Assembly: GCA_013265495.1 (NCBI GenBank)
Contig: MU063896.1
Coordinates: 14,498,701-14,562,700, forward strand
Length of the DNA: 64,000 nt
Source: Vicugna vicugna
Taxonomy: Eukaryota
Reading direction: 5' to 3'
Shown here: positions 48,689 through 61,330 of the stretch, in pieces
Numbering within the stretch: the first letter of the stretch is position 1
Layout of the letters: every line of letters starts with the position of its first letter
The notes under the pieces: model-generated
Database searches by the model: none
Told to the model about the DNA's origin: nothing
The model's input: only the letters and a program-made list of their open reading frames with translations
Translations under genes and position numbers: made by a program

Positions 48689-50616
48689 CCAATGCATCTT
48701 GGAAGTGGCCACAGAATATCAGATCATAATTTTACTTTACACTTTTACTTTACTTTACTTTACATACTTTTACTTTACACTCACCTGGATTAGGTTCAAA
48801 CTGGATTTCTCCAGAGAAGATCCACATGCCCCCCCACTTCTTTACTTTTATTTCTGATCTTTACTTCCTTGACCTACTTCCTGCTTCCAAATATGGTTTG
48901 TCCCTCTGGCCTCTCCCTCCTCACAGCTCTCATCCTTTTTCTTGGACTCTTTAGGAAATCTGATTGCAAGTCTTGAAAGGATGTCTGGGATAACTGCATT
49001 TTGATGAACTGTGATTGTTTTAGTCACTAGACATTCAGCCAACTAAGTATTTCCTTAAATGCAAACAACACATTCTTTCCAAAGTGCACCACTCCAGGGC
49101 ATCCCAACCACCAACCACAGCCCCATGTTCTTGGATAAAAACAATAAATGTGTTCACCTGGGAAGAGGGAAGAAAATGAAAATGTTATTTTATTGGAAAA
49201 CCCAAATGATTTAAAAATAAATACAGGGAAAATACAGCTCCCTAATGTAAACTTGTCTGTGAAAGGCAAACATCATAAAAATGTGGTCTCTGTTTCAGGT
49301 GTTCTGGAAACAAACTGGCTTTTAGGGTTTAGGGAGCCACTCCGAGCATGGACGGAATGAAGGGACGAATCTTGCACTTGAAGGATTATGTAGCACTTTC
49401 TTTCTCAAACAGTCTTTTCTCTCTTGCAGAAGTTGAGAGGCTGCCATTTGGGTTTCCATAAACAGTTAAACGGTGGTTTCACCAACATGTATTTAAATAA
49501 TTCAAAATTTGAAAACATTAGACAAAGACCACGAGGGAACTGAGTGAAAACAAATGGTCTGTGTAAAGAATTTTAATTACCTAAAGGCACAGCCTAATCA
49601 GAGGCTCTTCCATATTTTCTGAGCATTCACCATGTGCCAGCACTGGGCCAGCAACACCACAGGCCCTGAGCTCACGGGGTGCACAACCTGGAGTGGAGAC
49701 AATTACCCAGCAACTGTAATAAAGCTCAGGAACGATCTGCTGGGTGAAGAGCCTGGCTCTAGCAGAGTTCATGGTGGGGGAACTGCCCCAGGAAGCAACA
49801 GCCCCGTGGCAAAGAGAAATCCCAGGCTTCTTAGGAGTGGAATGGTTTTAGCTTTACTGCTTAATACTTGGATCAGCAGACACCCACAGAGCATACAAAC
49901 CTGCTCCTCTGTTCTACTTACGTTAGAAGCAGGTTCCCAAGCCCAGGAAACTGCCTAAATAGCACTGCTTGTCTCAATGCGTTTGAAAGGAGTTTTTCAA
50001 CAATAAAGTTTATCAAGTGCATATTTTCTGAACAGGAGCAAACTGGCCATGTTTTTCATTTTTCTTTTTGCCTCTAAGATGCTGGCATCTGGTTCTGCTT
50101 TGTTTGCAAAGGTTTTCATTAGAAAAAGGACAATATATACAACTTCTCTATGATTAAAATGTATTGCCTTTTGTGAGTGATGAATTCAGACAAGTAAAAT
50201 ATCTCTGTCTTTATTTTCCATCATAGTTGATCATAAATCCTTAAAGCTAGAAGTGATAATGTGCTCTGGCTTCATGTAATTGTGCTGGCTGGAGCTCTGC
50301 ATGCTTATGTCTCCAGTTTTATTGTGTCGGGAAGACAGACAACTCTTCCAAGTTGCTGATGGAGACGTTGGCGGTGGCCCAGCTCTCGAGGGTGATGATG
50401 CTTGGACTGCCTTCTCTAAGGGATTGCTCTCCTCTGGTCAGTGATTTCTCTCATGGCTCCAAGTCCACCCTTTAGAAGACCATGAAGAAAGAAGTATTTC
50501 CCCTCTTTACCACTTAATGGGGTGGCAGGAATGCTGAGCTTAAAAGCTTAAAAGAAAATAAGTGAGTCACTTTGAATGTATACACATTAATTCAATCATC
50601 CCTCCCTCTTTTTCCA

Positions 50617-50655
50617 TCCTTCCTTCCTTCCTTCCTTCCTTCCTTCCTTCCTTCC
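50617..50655. repeat. (TTCC)~10 tetranucleotide repeat
   Basis: direct reading; adjoins an L2-like cattcatttattaaatac. Confidence 0.95.
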
Positions 50656-50796
50656 ACCATTCCACATTCATTTATTAAATACGTGACATGCCTCACACCA
50701 TCCTGGGTGTCACGAAGGTCCTGAAGGAGTTTTGTGGTCTGGTGTGAAAAAGACAACTGGAATGGGAAATGTGGGAAAGTGTATCAGCTTTGGCAA

Positions 50797-51100
50797 TGTA
50801 TGGGTTAGAGTAACATTAGCTGCTGTAACAATAAACTTCCAAAAAATTGGCTTAATGCAATAAAAGTTTATTTCTCTCTCAGATAACGATCCAAAGCAGA
50901 TGTTCCTTAGTCGTGGGATAAAGGATTCACGTTTCTGTCTTGAGGCTCAGCCTTGCCCTAAGTCTTGAGAATCACTTCCAGCCCTCAGAGAAGGTGGAGA
51001 AGTACAGATCCAAATGACACTGGGAGGTGCCGTTCCTGCCGGGCAGCTGCATTCCAAAGCATGGCAGGAAACACAAAGTTTAGTGGACAGTTAGCCACAA
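50797..51100 (-). mobile_element. MaLR LTR (old MLT1)
   Basis: tgtatgggttag...agctgctgtaacaa...ggcttaatgcaataaaagtttatttctctctc. Confidence 0.65.
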
Positions 51101-52267
51101 GGAGAACAATGCATGAATTCTCTTTTTTGAACAATTAACCTTCAGATGATAATGGAATACTTAGGAAAAGTCTGGTGGGTCTACTTTCTTGTGTAAGCTA
51201 GAAAACGGACAAGGAGGTCTGAGGTGCTAAAGGTGGAGAGATGAGCAGGTCTAAGGTCCTATTTCTCAAGAAAGAAAACATTATCAAGTTTATGCCATTT
51301 CCTAAGGAAGCAGGAGAGGCTTTCATTTTCAAATCCCCCATCACAGTGTGATTTGGCTCATTTTCTTTCTTTTTTCTTGAAGGGATCATAAAAATTAAGT
51401 CTAAAACGAATGCAATTCTTCAGATAGCAGGTTTGGTTGCCCTTGGAGATACCTAATTTACAAAGTTCCCCTTAATGGGTGTCATCATACAGTCAGGGAA
51501 ATGAGCCACTACCTTTCAAAGTCAGGTTTGTTAGCTTTTTTGCCTGAATCCCCTCCATTTTTCTCCCAGCCTCAGTGAGCACAGTTTCTTTTCGTTCTAA
51601 TGTGGTAGGGGATAAAATGAAACGAAATTTTCCTTAATTCAATAGTGAAACTTTCCAGTTGTGAAGCACTTTGAAATACAGACTAATTAATAAACACAAC
51701 TCTCCTCTAAAGCAGTGAGGATTGCTGTTCTCATTTTTCACAGCTGAGAAGGCCGCAGTTAAACTAGTTGGCCCCAGGCTGTGCACCTCGTCGCGGAAGA
51801 ACTTTGAGGCACCAGCCTGCATTCTCTCCGGATGGCATGTGGCCTCTCTAGAGACTAATCAGGTTTTACGCGGGTTGTAGCTAACAGCGACTTCCTCGGT
51901 GACTCCACACTGCCCCGGGCACCGGCTAGGCAATTAGTAGTGCTCTTGTCACAAACTGTGGGTGACCCACTAAAGAGAAGGAAGCAAAGGGACTCACTGG
52001 ATGGCCCTGTATATCTCGTGAACACTTCTAGAGACTGAAGAAATTGTTTGCAATCATCAGCTCTGTGCTCAACAGACAATCAGAAAGATGAGAAGTACTT
52101 GTTCAGATTTTCATGGTACTAAGTAAGACCTTGGGGCCAAAATTATATTTGCCACTGCATAGACAGAGGAATTGAGAGCCAGAGATCGTTTGCCTTCCCC
52201 ATAGTGAGTCATTAGCAGGACTTTCTTCCTAACATCATCCTTCTGTCTGAGTTCACAGAACGATAAT

Positions 52268-52551
52268 ACTGCAATATGGGAGCCACCAGGCACCTGTGGC
52301 TACTACGAACTGAAATGTTCTCTAAGTGTAAAGCACATGCTGGATCGGAAAATCTTAATATGAAAACAAGATTGCAGAACATCTCATTTTTTTCTATCGA
52401 TTACATGTTGAAACGATAACATTCTGGATATACTGGGTTAAATACAACATATTGTTAAAGTTAATTTCAGCAGTTTCTTTTTACTTTTAAAATATGGTTG
52501 CTAGAAAATGTACAATTCCATCTGTGGATCACAGCTTTCTATTGGAAAGAG
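52268..52551 (-). mobile_element. MER33-like hAT-Charlie MITE
   Basis: gtggctact...taagtgtaaa...attacatgttgaaacgataacattctggatatactgggttaaat...ctagaaaa...ttctattgga matches the reverse complement of recalled MER33. Confidence 0.8.
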
Positions 52552-52774
52552 CTTTTACAGAATTCTGGCTTTTGACGAGTCTCCCAACTACGAAAGCTTA
52601 TAGAATCGCTGAGGCCCCAGAACACCAGAAACCTCCACTGTCAGCAACGGCTTCCTTTAGAGGCAACAGGAAGACACCAATGTTGAAGCAAAAGAACATT
52701 TCCTAACTTTTGAATTAATCTTTCTTATTTCCTAATATTAGAAAAGATTTGAAAGCAAACACTTTTCACATCTT

Positions 52775-53075
52775 CCTCTCCTGGCTAACTCCTACACATC
52801 CTTCAAGACTCACTCCACGTCACCGCCTCTTGGATGCCTCCCCTCACCTCCCCCTCCCTCTCCAGTGGCCTGGTGCTGAGGTCAGCGCTCCTGCCCTGTG
52901 CCACCATTGCCAGATTATCATCTCGGGCTTGTCTCTTTACCTCATTTTCTGTAAATTCCTTGAGCTCAGAGACTGTCTTTCATTTTGATATTTCCAGTAC
53001 CTAGCACAGTGCCTGGGAACACGGCACAAATATTTATTGGTGGAATAATTGTTTCATTGAAGAATGAGCGAATAA
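52775..53075 (+). mobile_element. L2 3' end
   Basis: ctggctaactcctacacatccttcaagactc...ctgtaaattccttgag...cctagcacagtgcctgg. Confidence 0.8.
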
Positions 53076-56000
53076 AAATAATTCTTTAGTTGACCTTGTT
53101 ATTTCAGAATTATTAATTATAGTAGATTTGATTAGCACTTTACAAAAGTTATGATCCCCACAAAAGTACTTGGGGGTGGAGAAATCCCTCCTCATTAGAA
53201 GTACCACATTTTATTAACCACAGTTCTTCATAATGCGGCCCCTCTAGTCAGGAGTGCCCTGAAAATGATATTATGAATACAGATGACTGTGTGAAAATTA
53301 TAAAGTAACAATTGGGGTTTTTTTTTGTACATCATAAAAACTAAGCTGATGACAGAGAGGATGTTAGTGACAGACATCAGGAATTTGTTGGGGGGCAGGG
53401 AGAACGTGCCCACAGAAAAGTGAATCTCTTGTATTTGGGTTGTCATATAATTTATTATCCAAACCCAAACACTTTTGAGAGTTAGTGGGAGTGCTATAAT
53501 ATTTATTCTGAGCCAAAAAAGCATTAAGTGGACTGTTAAGGATAAATCAGGATATATGTCCACCCTCGTTACATTAAATAGGAACCATTTCTCAAGGTCA
53601 GTGGCCAATGGTACAGAGAGGATGGATGAGCTGTCCCCACATGGTGAGAAGGAAGGGATGCTTATTCTGAATGGCAGACCTGAGCGGTGGGCAGCAGCCC
53701 GAGATTGTCTCTCTCCCGACAGCCTATCTACATACATGTATGAGTGGGTGAAGCGTTTCAGCAGGTCCACTCCGGGTGAAGCGACTTCATGGGCTCTGGG
53801 AGCAGAAGCTCACAGGCCCACAGCACTGCTGGGACGGACTGTCCCGTCAGTCATGGAGGACCACTTGCTGAGCCACGCCTCCCCCTTGCCTCCCCGTGCC
53901 TCACCGAAGGGGCGGGCAGGAGGTGGGGCGGTGGTGCTGCCACCCAGTAATGCCCCACGCCTCCGTCACTGTGTCCAGCTGGTTCCCACTCGCCTTGGAG
54001 AAAACCCAAAAGCTATGTCATCTTGACAAGTGCTTTCCATTCAAACCCCTGCACAGACTCTTACTGTCTGTGCTTGAGACATCTCTTGAGACATGGAGGC
54101 TTGGGATAGTAAGAGGCCTGCCTGTGGGAAGAACCGTGGAGGAGATTTCTGAACCTCAGCCCCCCCAACTACAACACACTGCTTCATGGAAACACCCCAG
54201 GCAGACGGCACTGCCTTCGTTTAATTTGCAGATAAGCTTGAAATGTTCAAATGAAAAAAAAATGTGATGCTCCCTCTTTGTTTCCTGCAGGTGTGGCTCC
54301 TTTGTGCCCTTCCCGAGGCCCGTTCTCTTTGCATGAATGTGACCCCGCACCTCATAACCACAGCAGGGCTGGCAGACGCCTGTGCTGAGAGCTCCATGGG
54401 AGCCGACTGGTATTATTTCAGTTTTCATTCAAACACTCCTTTTGGGTGACCGCTGGGCACCCGAAGTGCCCGTCCAAGAAGATCAAAAATGGCTGAAGAC
54501 AGACTTTTCAGCCAGAGGAAAGAATTATTACCTTACCATCAGTCTAATGAAAACAGAGGTGAAACACTAGCCTGCGCTAGATAAACAGCACGCCGAGTAA
54601 TCCATCACACTCAGCCGCGCCAAGCAGAAGCCCCCTCACCCATCTCACCTCACTTCCCGCCGCACTCACGTCCCCTGTCCTCACAGCTTCTGTCTGAATA
54701 AAGACCTGGACAGGAATCCTTCAGGCCATTCTGTCTCTTAATCTAAAGTCTCCTTTCTCTCTAGTACAGACAGCAATAGCTTCTTAGGGGCCCACCTCCC
54801 ACCGGCACGCTCTAAGTCGCTGTCCCTTCCAGGAGCCGGTTTACACGACCGATCTAGTCCGCACCTCCAACAGCACTGTCTTTCTCAGGCCCCAGTGCTT
54901 CATGCGAGTGCCTGTCCACTACACTGCGGGCGCCCTGGGTAGAGAGGTGCCAGGCCCTGGCTTCCAGGAGCTCATAGTCTAGGGGTCTTGCATGTTATAC
55001 TTTGGCTTTTCATATACATCACCACTCATTTTGCCTCAGCAATCTCATGTGAAGCAGAAGAGGCACCATTAAACTCACCTGCAATATACGTGGTGTCACC
55101 CAAAGTCATAGGTAGAAAACTAAGGCTCTGAATAACTTTCGAACATGTAATTAGACTTCGGCCTGCCAATCCCAGCTCAGGGGTCTCCCCTCACTACGTG
55201 AGACTTCTTTGGTTGTGTTTTCAGATTTTCCCTTTTCTTCCAGGAATCTGAAAATCAAATCTTTTCTAGCATCTACCAAGTCAGCCGTGATGGAAGTGTC
55301 TCCACCCAACTGTTACTCCTCTATTATTTTTTCCAAGAAGTTAATGCTCTTCTGGGAGTTTTAGGAAATCTTGATAACTTCTAATAGATGGACTTAAATT
55401 TGGTAGCAGCTTTTGAGTGTGGCTATTCCTAAACTCAGAATCCATGGCAAGGACAAGGAATATGGCTCCTGGTTCAAGACACAAGTATGTTTTGTTCGGG
55501 ATTCTCATTCTATGAGGTCCTGACCTTCAGAGTTCTGACCAAAGACCTGGTTCTTCCAGCAGTAGTCGTCCTGGTAGGAAAAGCATCAATCCTGTGCAAT
55601 AGGTAGATGAAACAAAATTTAATGTGAAATATGAGGAATATTTATGCCATTACAGGCACTAACAGTGAATCCTTTAATTTCACCAAACGGAAAGACCTAA
55701 TGAGAGCAGTCATCAGTGTTTTAATGAGTAACAGTTGAGTCACTGCCTTACCCTGGGCAACAAGCCACAGAGCCTATGCGTGACTACAGAGCTTGCGGTT
55801 CCTTGTTTCTTCTATTGCACGTGGCTTGCACCAGAAAATGCATTTTGCTAGCACTGCCATGTTTGTGTTCCCAATGTCACCAAATTAAACTTCAATGTTG
55901 CTTATTTTTGAGTCTGTTTATTGGGAAGCATGGTGCATATTTATATAGAAAAAATCGAATAGATTTTTAAATATATGTTAAATTAAAAAGTGTTCACTTG

Positions 56001-56490
56001 TTCAAATCCAATGGTTTGTTTTTGGCTAATAGAGCCAAGGCCAGAGAGCTGATTTCTTATGTTTCCCACCCAGTGTCACTCACAAATATTTGGTGTTGTA
56101 AAAGAAAAGATGTGACAACCTAAATAAGCAAGTCCTTACCTGTCTTCCTATCATCCTTCCCCCACCCCAAAAAAAATCCATTATGACCTCCACTGCCTAG
56201 ATAATGATGTTGATCACAGACCTACTACCAGGGAGTAAAATTCTTAGAGCAGGGACTGTAATTATATCTCCCGTGGGTTTTGCAGGGTGAGTGACACTTG
56301 AGAGTGATTGCATCAATGCTTAGCTGTATCTTTGCTATATGGTGAATAAAATAAAGCAAAGTTCATTTCATTCACAATGGCCTTTTGAGGAACATGTTAA
56401 AGAGCTCTAGCACATTGGAAAACTGCTGATGTCTGTGAATCTCTTAAATAAGAATCATAATTCAAAATCATTTTAAAAAACCAAAATTTG

Positions 56491-57353
56491 GTTTTTTAAT
56501 TGAAGTGTAGTTGATTTACAATGTTGTGCTAGTTTCTGCTGTACAGCATGGTGATTCAGTCATATATATATATATATATTCCTTTTCAGATTCTTTTCCA
56601 TTATAGGTTATTATATGTTGAATATAGTTCCCTGTGCTACACAGTAGGTCTTTGTTGTTGTTTATATGTGTTAAACTACGTTGTTTTATGTATACATTTA
56701 GCAGTAGTTTGTATCTGCTAAACCCAAACTCCTAATTTATCCCTCCCCTCCACCTCCCCTTTGGTAATCATAAGTTTGTTTTCTATGTCTATGACTCTGT
56801 TTCTGGTTTGTAAATAAGTTCATTTCCATCGTTTTTTAGATTCCACATATAAGTTATATCATATGATATTTGTCTTTGACTTACTTCACTTAGTATGATA
56901 ATCTCTAGATCCAACCAGTTTGCTCCAAATGGCATTCTTTCTCTCTTTTTTATGGTTGAGTTGTATTCCATTGTGTGTGTATGTACATAGACCACAGCCT
57001 CTTTATCCAGTCATCTGTTCGTGGACATTTAGGTGGTTTCCATATCTTGGCTATTGTAAATAGTGCTGCTTTGAACACTGGAGTGCATGTATCTTTTCAA
57101 GTTAGGGTTTTNNNNNNNNNNNNNNNNNNNNNNNNNNNNNNNNNNNNNNNNNNNNNNNNNNNNNNNNNNNNNNNNNNNNNNNNNNNNNNNNNNNNNNNNN
57201 NNNNNNNNNNNNNNNNNNNNNNNNNNNNNNNNNNNNNNNNNNNNNNNNNNNNNNNNNNNNNNCTCCAGCATTTATTATTTGTAGACTTTTTAACAGTGGC
57301 CATTCTGACTGGGGTGAGGTGATATGTCACTGTAGTTTTGATTTGGATTTCTC
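56491..57353 (-). mobile_element. young 5'-truncated L1 (ORF2 C-terminus and 3' UTR)
   Basis: ORF 57097-57330 MTYHLTPVRMATVKKSTNNKCW matches the L1 ORF2 C-terminus; ttttttaattgaagtgtagttgatttacaatg 3' end; contains gap 57112-57262. Confidence 0.95.
57112..57262. other. assembly gap inside L1
   Basis: N run. Confidence 0.99.
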
Positions 57354-57822
57354 TGAAACAAAGTTTAATGTGAACTATGAGGAATATTTATGCCATTACA
57401 GGCACTAAGCATATGTTACCTATTATAATACCTACAGCAATCCCATGATAGTCTAGTAACCCCGATACGCAAGTGAAGAAATCGACTCACAGAGCCTGGC
57501 CTATTTCTGTTTTCTATATTCTATATCCTAGGAAGTGGCAAAGTTATGATTTGGGCCAGATCTTTTCAGGGTATTCAGAGATGGTCATATTCTAGTTAAC
57601 TCACAAGAAACTGATGAATAAATGGAAATGTTGACTGTCTGTAGTGGAGGATATCCCTCCTCCGAGGGCACAGTACCTTTTCTCCCATCCATGACAACAT
57701 TTTCCTGCTACGACAATATCTGAAAAGCTGCGTCATTATTCAGAAATCTGCAAATGGAGTGAATCGTGTTGGAAGATGTTCCAGGCAGACCACGGTAAGG
57801 CCATTAACACTTCAAGTCTCAG

Positions 57823-57866
57823 TCTCTCTCTCTCTCACACAGACGCATACTCTCACACACACACAC
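57823..57866. repeat. compound (CT)n/(CA)n microsatellite
   Basis: direct reading. Confidence 0.8.
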
Positions 57867-59539
57867 ATCTCTGATGACTGGAGTGATTCCCCTCCTCACC
57901 CCGTCACGGTCTCTCTCTTGAGTCTGCGCTAGACAAGTCACAAACCTCTGCCTCTGACTACTTCCTTTGTGTCCTGGTGCACCTCATCTGAGGGCACGTT
58001 CTTTCTTTAGCGTGGGCGACGGTGTATTCCCAAACACCTGCAGGAGGCATGCTTTACAAATCAGTTCCTTCCTTAGTATGCTAATGAATGTGACTTAAAA
58101 AAGAAAAAAAGCTTGGGAGGTGATGGAGTTTTACGGTTTTTAAAAAACATTTGAGAGAAATGCAGATGTAAACAAATGATGGCATGGGCTTCAAAGATTG
58201 TCCCAAAATGATTTGAGAAGCATCTTACAGGGCTTGTGTTCCTCAGGGTGCTGGGCTCTCTGCCTGTTTCCTCTAAGGTCACTTTTCCCAGAGGGTAATG
58301 AAACTTTTCGTCTCCTTTGCTTATGCGTTTATTTAAGTAGCTTAATGCTTAGAGGTCAACCACTTGCCCTCTTTCCAAGCTTCTGAGAGATACTTTGCTG
58401 TCACACCCAAGTACCATCAATCATTTATTTTACTTCCACTGCCTCTTACACCTGCACGTACAAGATGAATAAACTTTTAACAAGTTCATTTTACTGGAAC
58501 CGTGTCTAACCGTATTAGCATCTCACCCATGGTATCTGCTCCATTAAATGTCGAGTGATAAGAATTGCTGGGCTTTGGGACTTTTCTTCTGTGGTTGTGA
58601 AACCTGGAAGTAATCCAGCTGTTGAGTCAAAGACAAACCTCACCTGTGCTGTTTCAGATCCATCAATGGGTAGGAAATGGAAAGATAAGGTTACACCCAG
58701 GGAAGTGCTGAAACATGGGAAATTGAACCAACCCAAGGGCCGCGTTAATTAAAGCGGAGCTCTGCCGACCGGGGCTTATCAGCCAGGGACCCCAGACTCC
58801 CCAAGTGTGCGCAGTTCAAGATCAAACCCAGCCAGCCTTTAGCCACGGCTGACAGGCGCTCGAGCCCTGTCTGAAGCACAGCCTGAACCTTGCTGGCACC
58901 GGCCCACATGCCTACCATGGACTTTGATCTTGTAGCTTTAAGTGTCATGGGATTTCAGACTGAACTGAAGCTCAACTACCTTCACGAACAACGACGAAAG
59001 GCGGAGATCGGATTTAAGAAAAAGAAAAGAAAGCAAAGAAAAAAAGGAAACAAACCAAAAAATGAGGTAAAAAGACAGAAATCAGAGAAAAGCAAGGGAG
59101 GCCCCCAAGTTCAATGACGTGCCAAGGAGATAAGGCTGTGTTGAGAAGCAGCCAGTGCCTCACAAACTTTGCTTTGAGCCTGACAATCGGAACAGAGGCA
59201 TCTGTTTCTCCCTCACAGATCTTTTTGTCTTTTCACATTTCCCCCTTGTGTAGTCCTCCTGTATCAGTAGCTTTTGCATCGTAACGTTCCTTTCTCTCCC
59301 GCGTTTATATGCTCCACACCACGTCACGGGCTGTGGCAGTCAGAGAATTTTGCTGTGGCCTAGGGTCTGGACAAACGTTACGAACGTTTGTTTTTCTTTG
59401 TTATGATGGAGCTGAAACCAAGCCCTAGGCTTGGAAAGCTGTTTTCCTGAGGAGAGCTGGCTGGTTTCTAAAAAGAGGTGGTATATGTCCAGCTCTCATT
59501 TCTTGTGTAACTTTTCTTAGGGGGCTCTGTTCCCGGGGC

Positions 59540-59700
59540 CCACATGGCTGGGAGCCAAGCGATGAGAGAAGGGAAGCTGGTGTGCGGCGTGCGCTGACGG
59601 AGCCGGGCGGCGGGGAGCCGGCAGGCGTGCTGAGTGACGCTCGCACCTCCAGGCTGGCCCAGATGTCCCGGACAGAAGGATGTGTGCGACCCACACAAGT
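59540..59700. promoter_or_regulatory. micro CpG cluster
   Basis: about 14 CpGs in about 150 bp counted by eye (gtgcggcgtgcgctgacggagccgggcggcggggagccgg...). Confidence 0.35.
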
Positions 59701-60369
59701 CATGAACCCTCGAGTCTGGAGCTCTGGGGGCGGATTTCAAAACAGGAATTCTTCCTGCTTGCACCCCCTTTCTGGCAAGTCTAAAACTTGCCCTGTGCAC
59801 GGAGTGTTTCATTAGTTATGATGCTGGGTGTCACCTAGAGAAATGGCTACTTTAATTGCTAATTATACCAGGAGTGGCCAGAGGACAAGGGCCCGAAAAA
59901 CTGAATCAGAACAAGAACAAAACCACAGCCATTTTCTACATTGCTGTGTTTAGATTACCACGCACTCTCCTGCCTTGCCCTCTGAAGGTGGATTCTGAAA
60001 CGAAAACCTTGGTCACCAAAGTTACCCTCATTCCTGTTCTTTCACTTCTACGTATGAACCTCCCACAGAGACATGGGCTGGGGTCGTGCGCTTATTATGT
60101 GACATGTGTTCCTTCTGCATTTTGCGTAAGCTCCCGGGGGGAGGGGAGGGGTGGGCAGGGCTCGATGCTGCTGGCATCCTTTCACTTAACGAGCTTATGA
60201 CAGCAGGGCTTTGTTCCCTGTTGAATTACTAGCATTATTTTGAGTCACTAAAACTGTCATTTAAAATAGTCTTTAAAGCAGAAAAGGACACAGCCTAGTC
60301 TCCTTGGGTCTTCCAGTCCAAAGTGCACGTATTAAATAATAACGAACAACAGTCCTACACCCACTTATT

Positions 60370-60860
60370 TCTGTGCATGATTAATGTCCTTCCCTCACTC
60401 TTCCCCTCATGCTCTGCCCACACGGCCCTCCTCCCGCCTCCTGGCTATCCACACTCCAGCCCGCTGGCCTCTTGAGTGCTCAGTGGGTGCGCCAGCCTGG
60501 CCTCTGCACCTGCTGTTTCCGCCGTCTGCCTGGTCTTCCCTGGTATCTGCAGTCCCCTCACTTTCTCCAGGTCTTTGTTCAAACGTCTCTGTCTTAGTGA
60601 GGCCCTCTTCCCTGGCCAGCGCCCTACCTAGAGCTCCTCCGACAGCAGACACTTTCTGTCTCCCATCCCGGCTTTATTTTTCTCCCAAGCATTTACTGCT
60701 CTACTATAAATATACGCACACTATATATTTTATTTTTAGCTGGTTTCATGTTTATCTCCCCAAGCTGACTATTAAGGACAGACAGTTCTTGTTGGCTTTG
60801 TTGCTTCTTGTATTAGGGCCTGGGACATGGTGCTTAATAGGGATTTTTGAATGAATGATT
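60370..60860 (+). mobile_element. L2 3' end
   Basis: ggcctctgcacctgctgtttcc...gtctttgttcaaacgtctc...gtgaggccctc...gcctgggacatggtgcttaata...gaatgaatga. Confidence 0.85.
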
Positions 60861-60879
60861 GGGGCCACTCATGATCTGG

Positions 60880-61330
60880 CCAGACATAGTTTCTCATTGC
60901 AAGGAGTGTCTAGTCTCAGGGGAAAGATGGTTGTTAAGAAAAATTAAAATGAAATATGCTTCGTGCAGGAAGAGTGAGTGTGAGTGGCAAGAGGAGCCTA
61001 ACCTGGTGTCCCTGCAGAGGTGATGTTTAACATGAGACCTGACCTTACAGGAAGGGCAGCAGACAAGAGAGAATACGGAGGGTTCCAGGTGGCAGAAGCC
61101 GGGTGGTGAGAAGTGACACAGGCCCAGGGATGGGGGGTCATGAAGACTGAGCAGCACTGAGCCAACCAGGGGTTGTAAGCGGGGAAGTGACATGATCCAG
61201 AATACCATTTTCAACAGATTGGAGAGAAGCAAGATGAAAAGCTAAAATGAAGCAGACCTCAGTGTGCACAGACTGTCCAATCTGTCCCTGGGAGAACTGG
61301 ATGACTCTGATCTGGAAAAAAAAAATAGTA
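60880..61330 (-). mobile_element. L2 fragment, tail-to-tail with the previous L2
   Basis: agacatagtttctcattgcaaggagtgtctagtc...gaggtgatgtttaacatgagacctg...gggaagtgacatgatcc. Confidence 0.7.

Noticed and set aside
53228-54026. Overlapping 180-aa (-) and 183-aa (+) ORFs
   Set aside because: No homology recognised, no supporting splice or Kozak structure, non-ATG starts
49400-54300. Strong plus-strand acceptors at 49429 and 54290
   Set aside because: No good downstream donor and frames close quickly; likely decoy sites
60384-60854. 156-aa ORF
   Set aside because: Lies entirely within an L2 fossil
60370-61330. Tail-to-tail L2 pair as a possible miR-28/151-type hairpin source (also 31600-31830)
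   Set aside because: Arms too diverged to see an extended stem, and the orientation differs from the miR-28 geometry; motifs at 16830 and 54965 are ordinary L2 sequence
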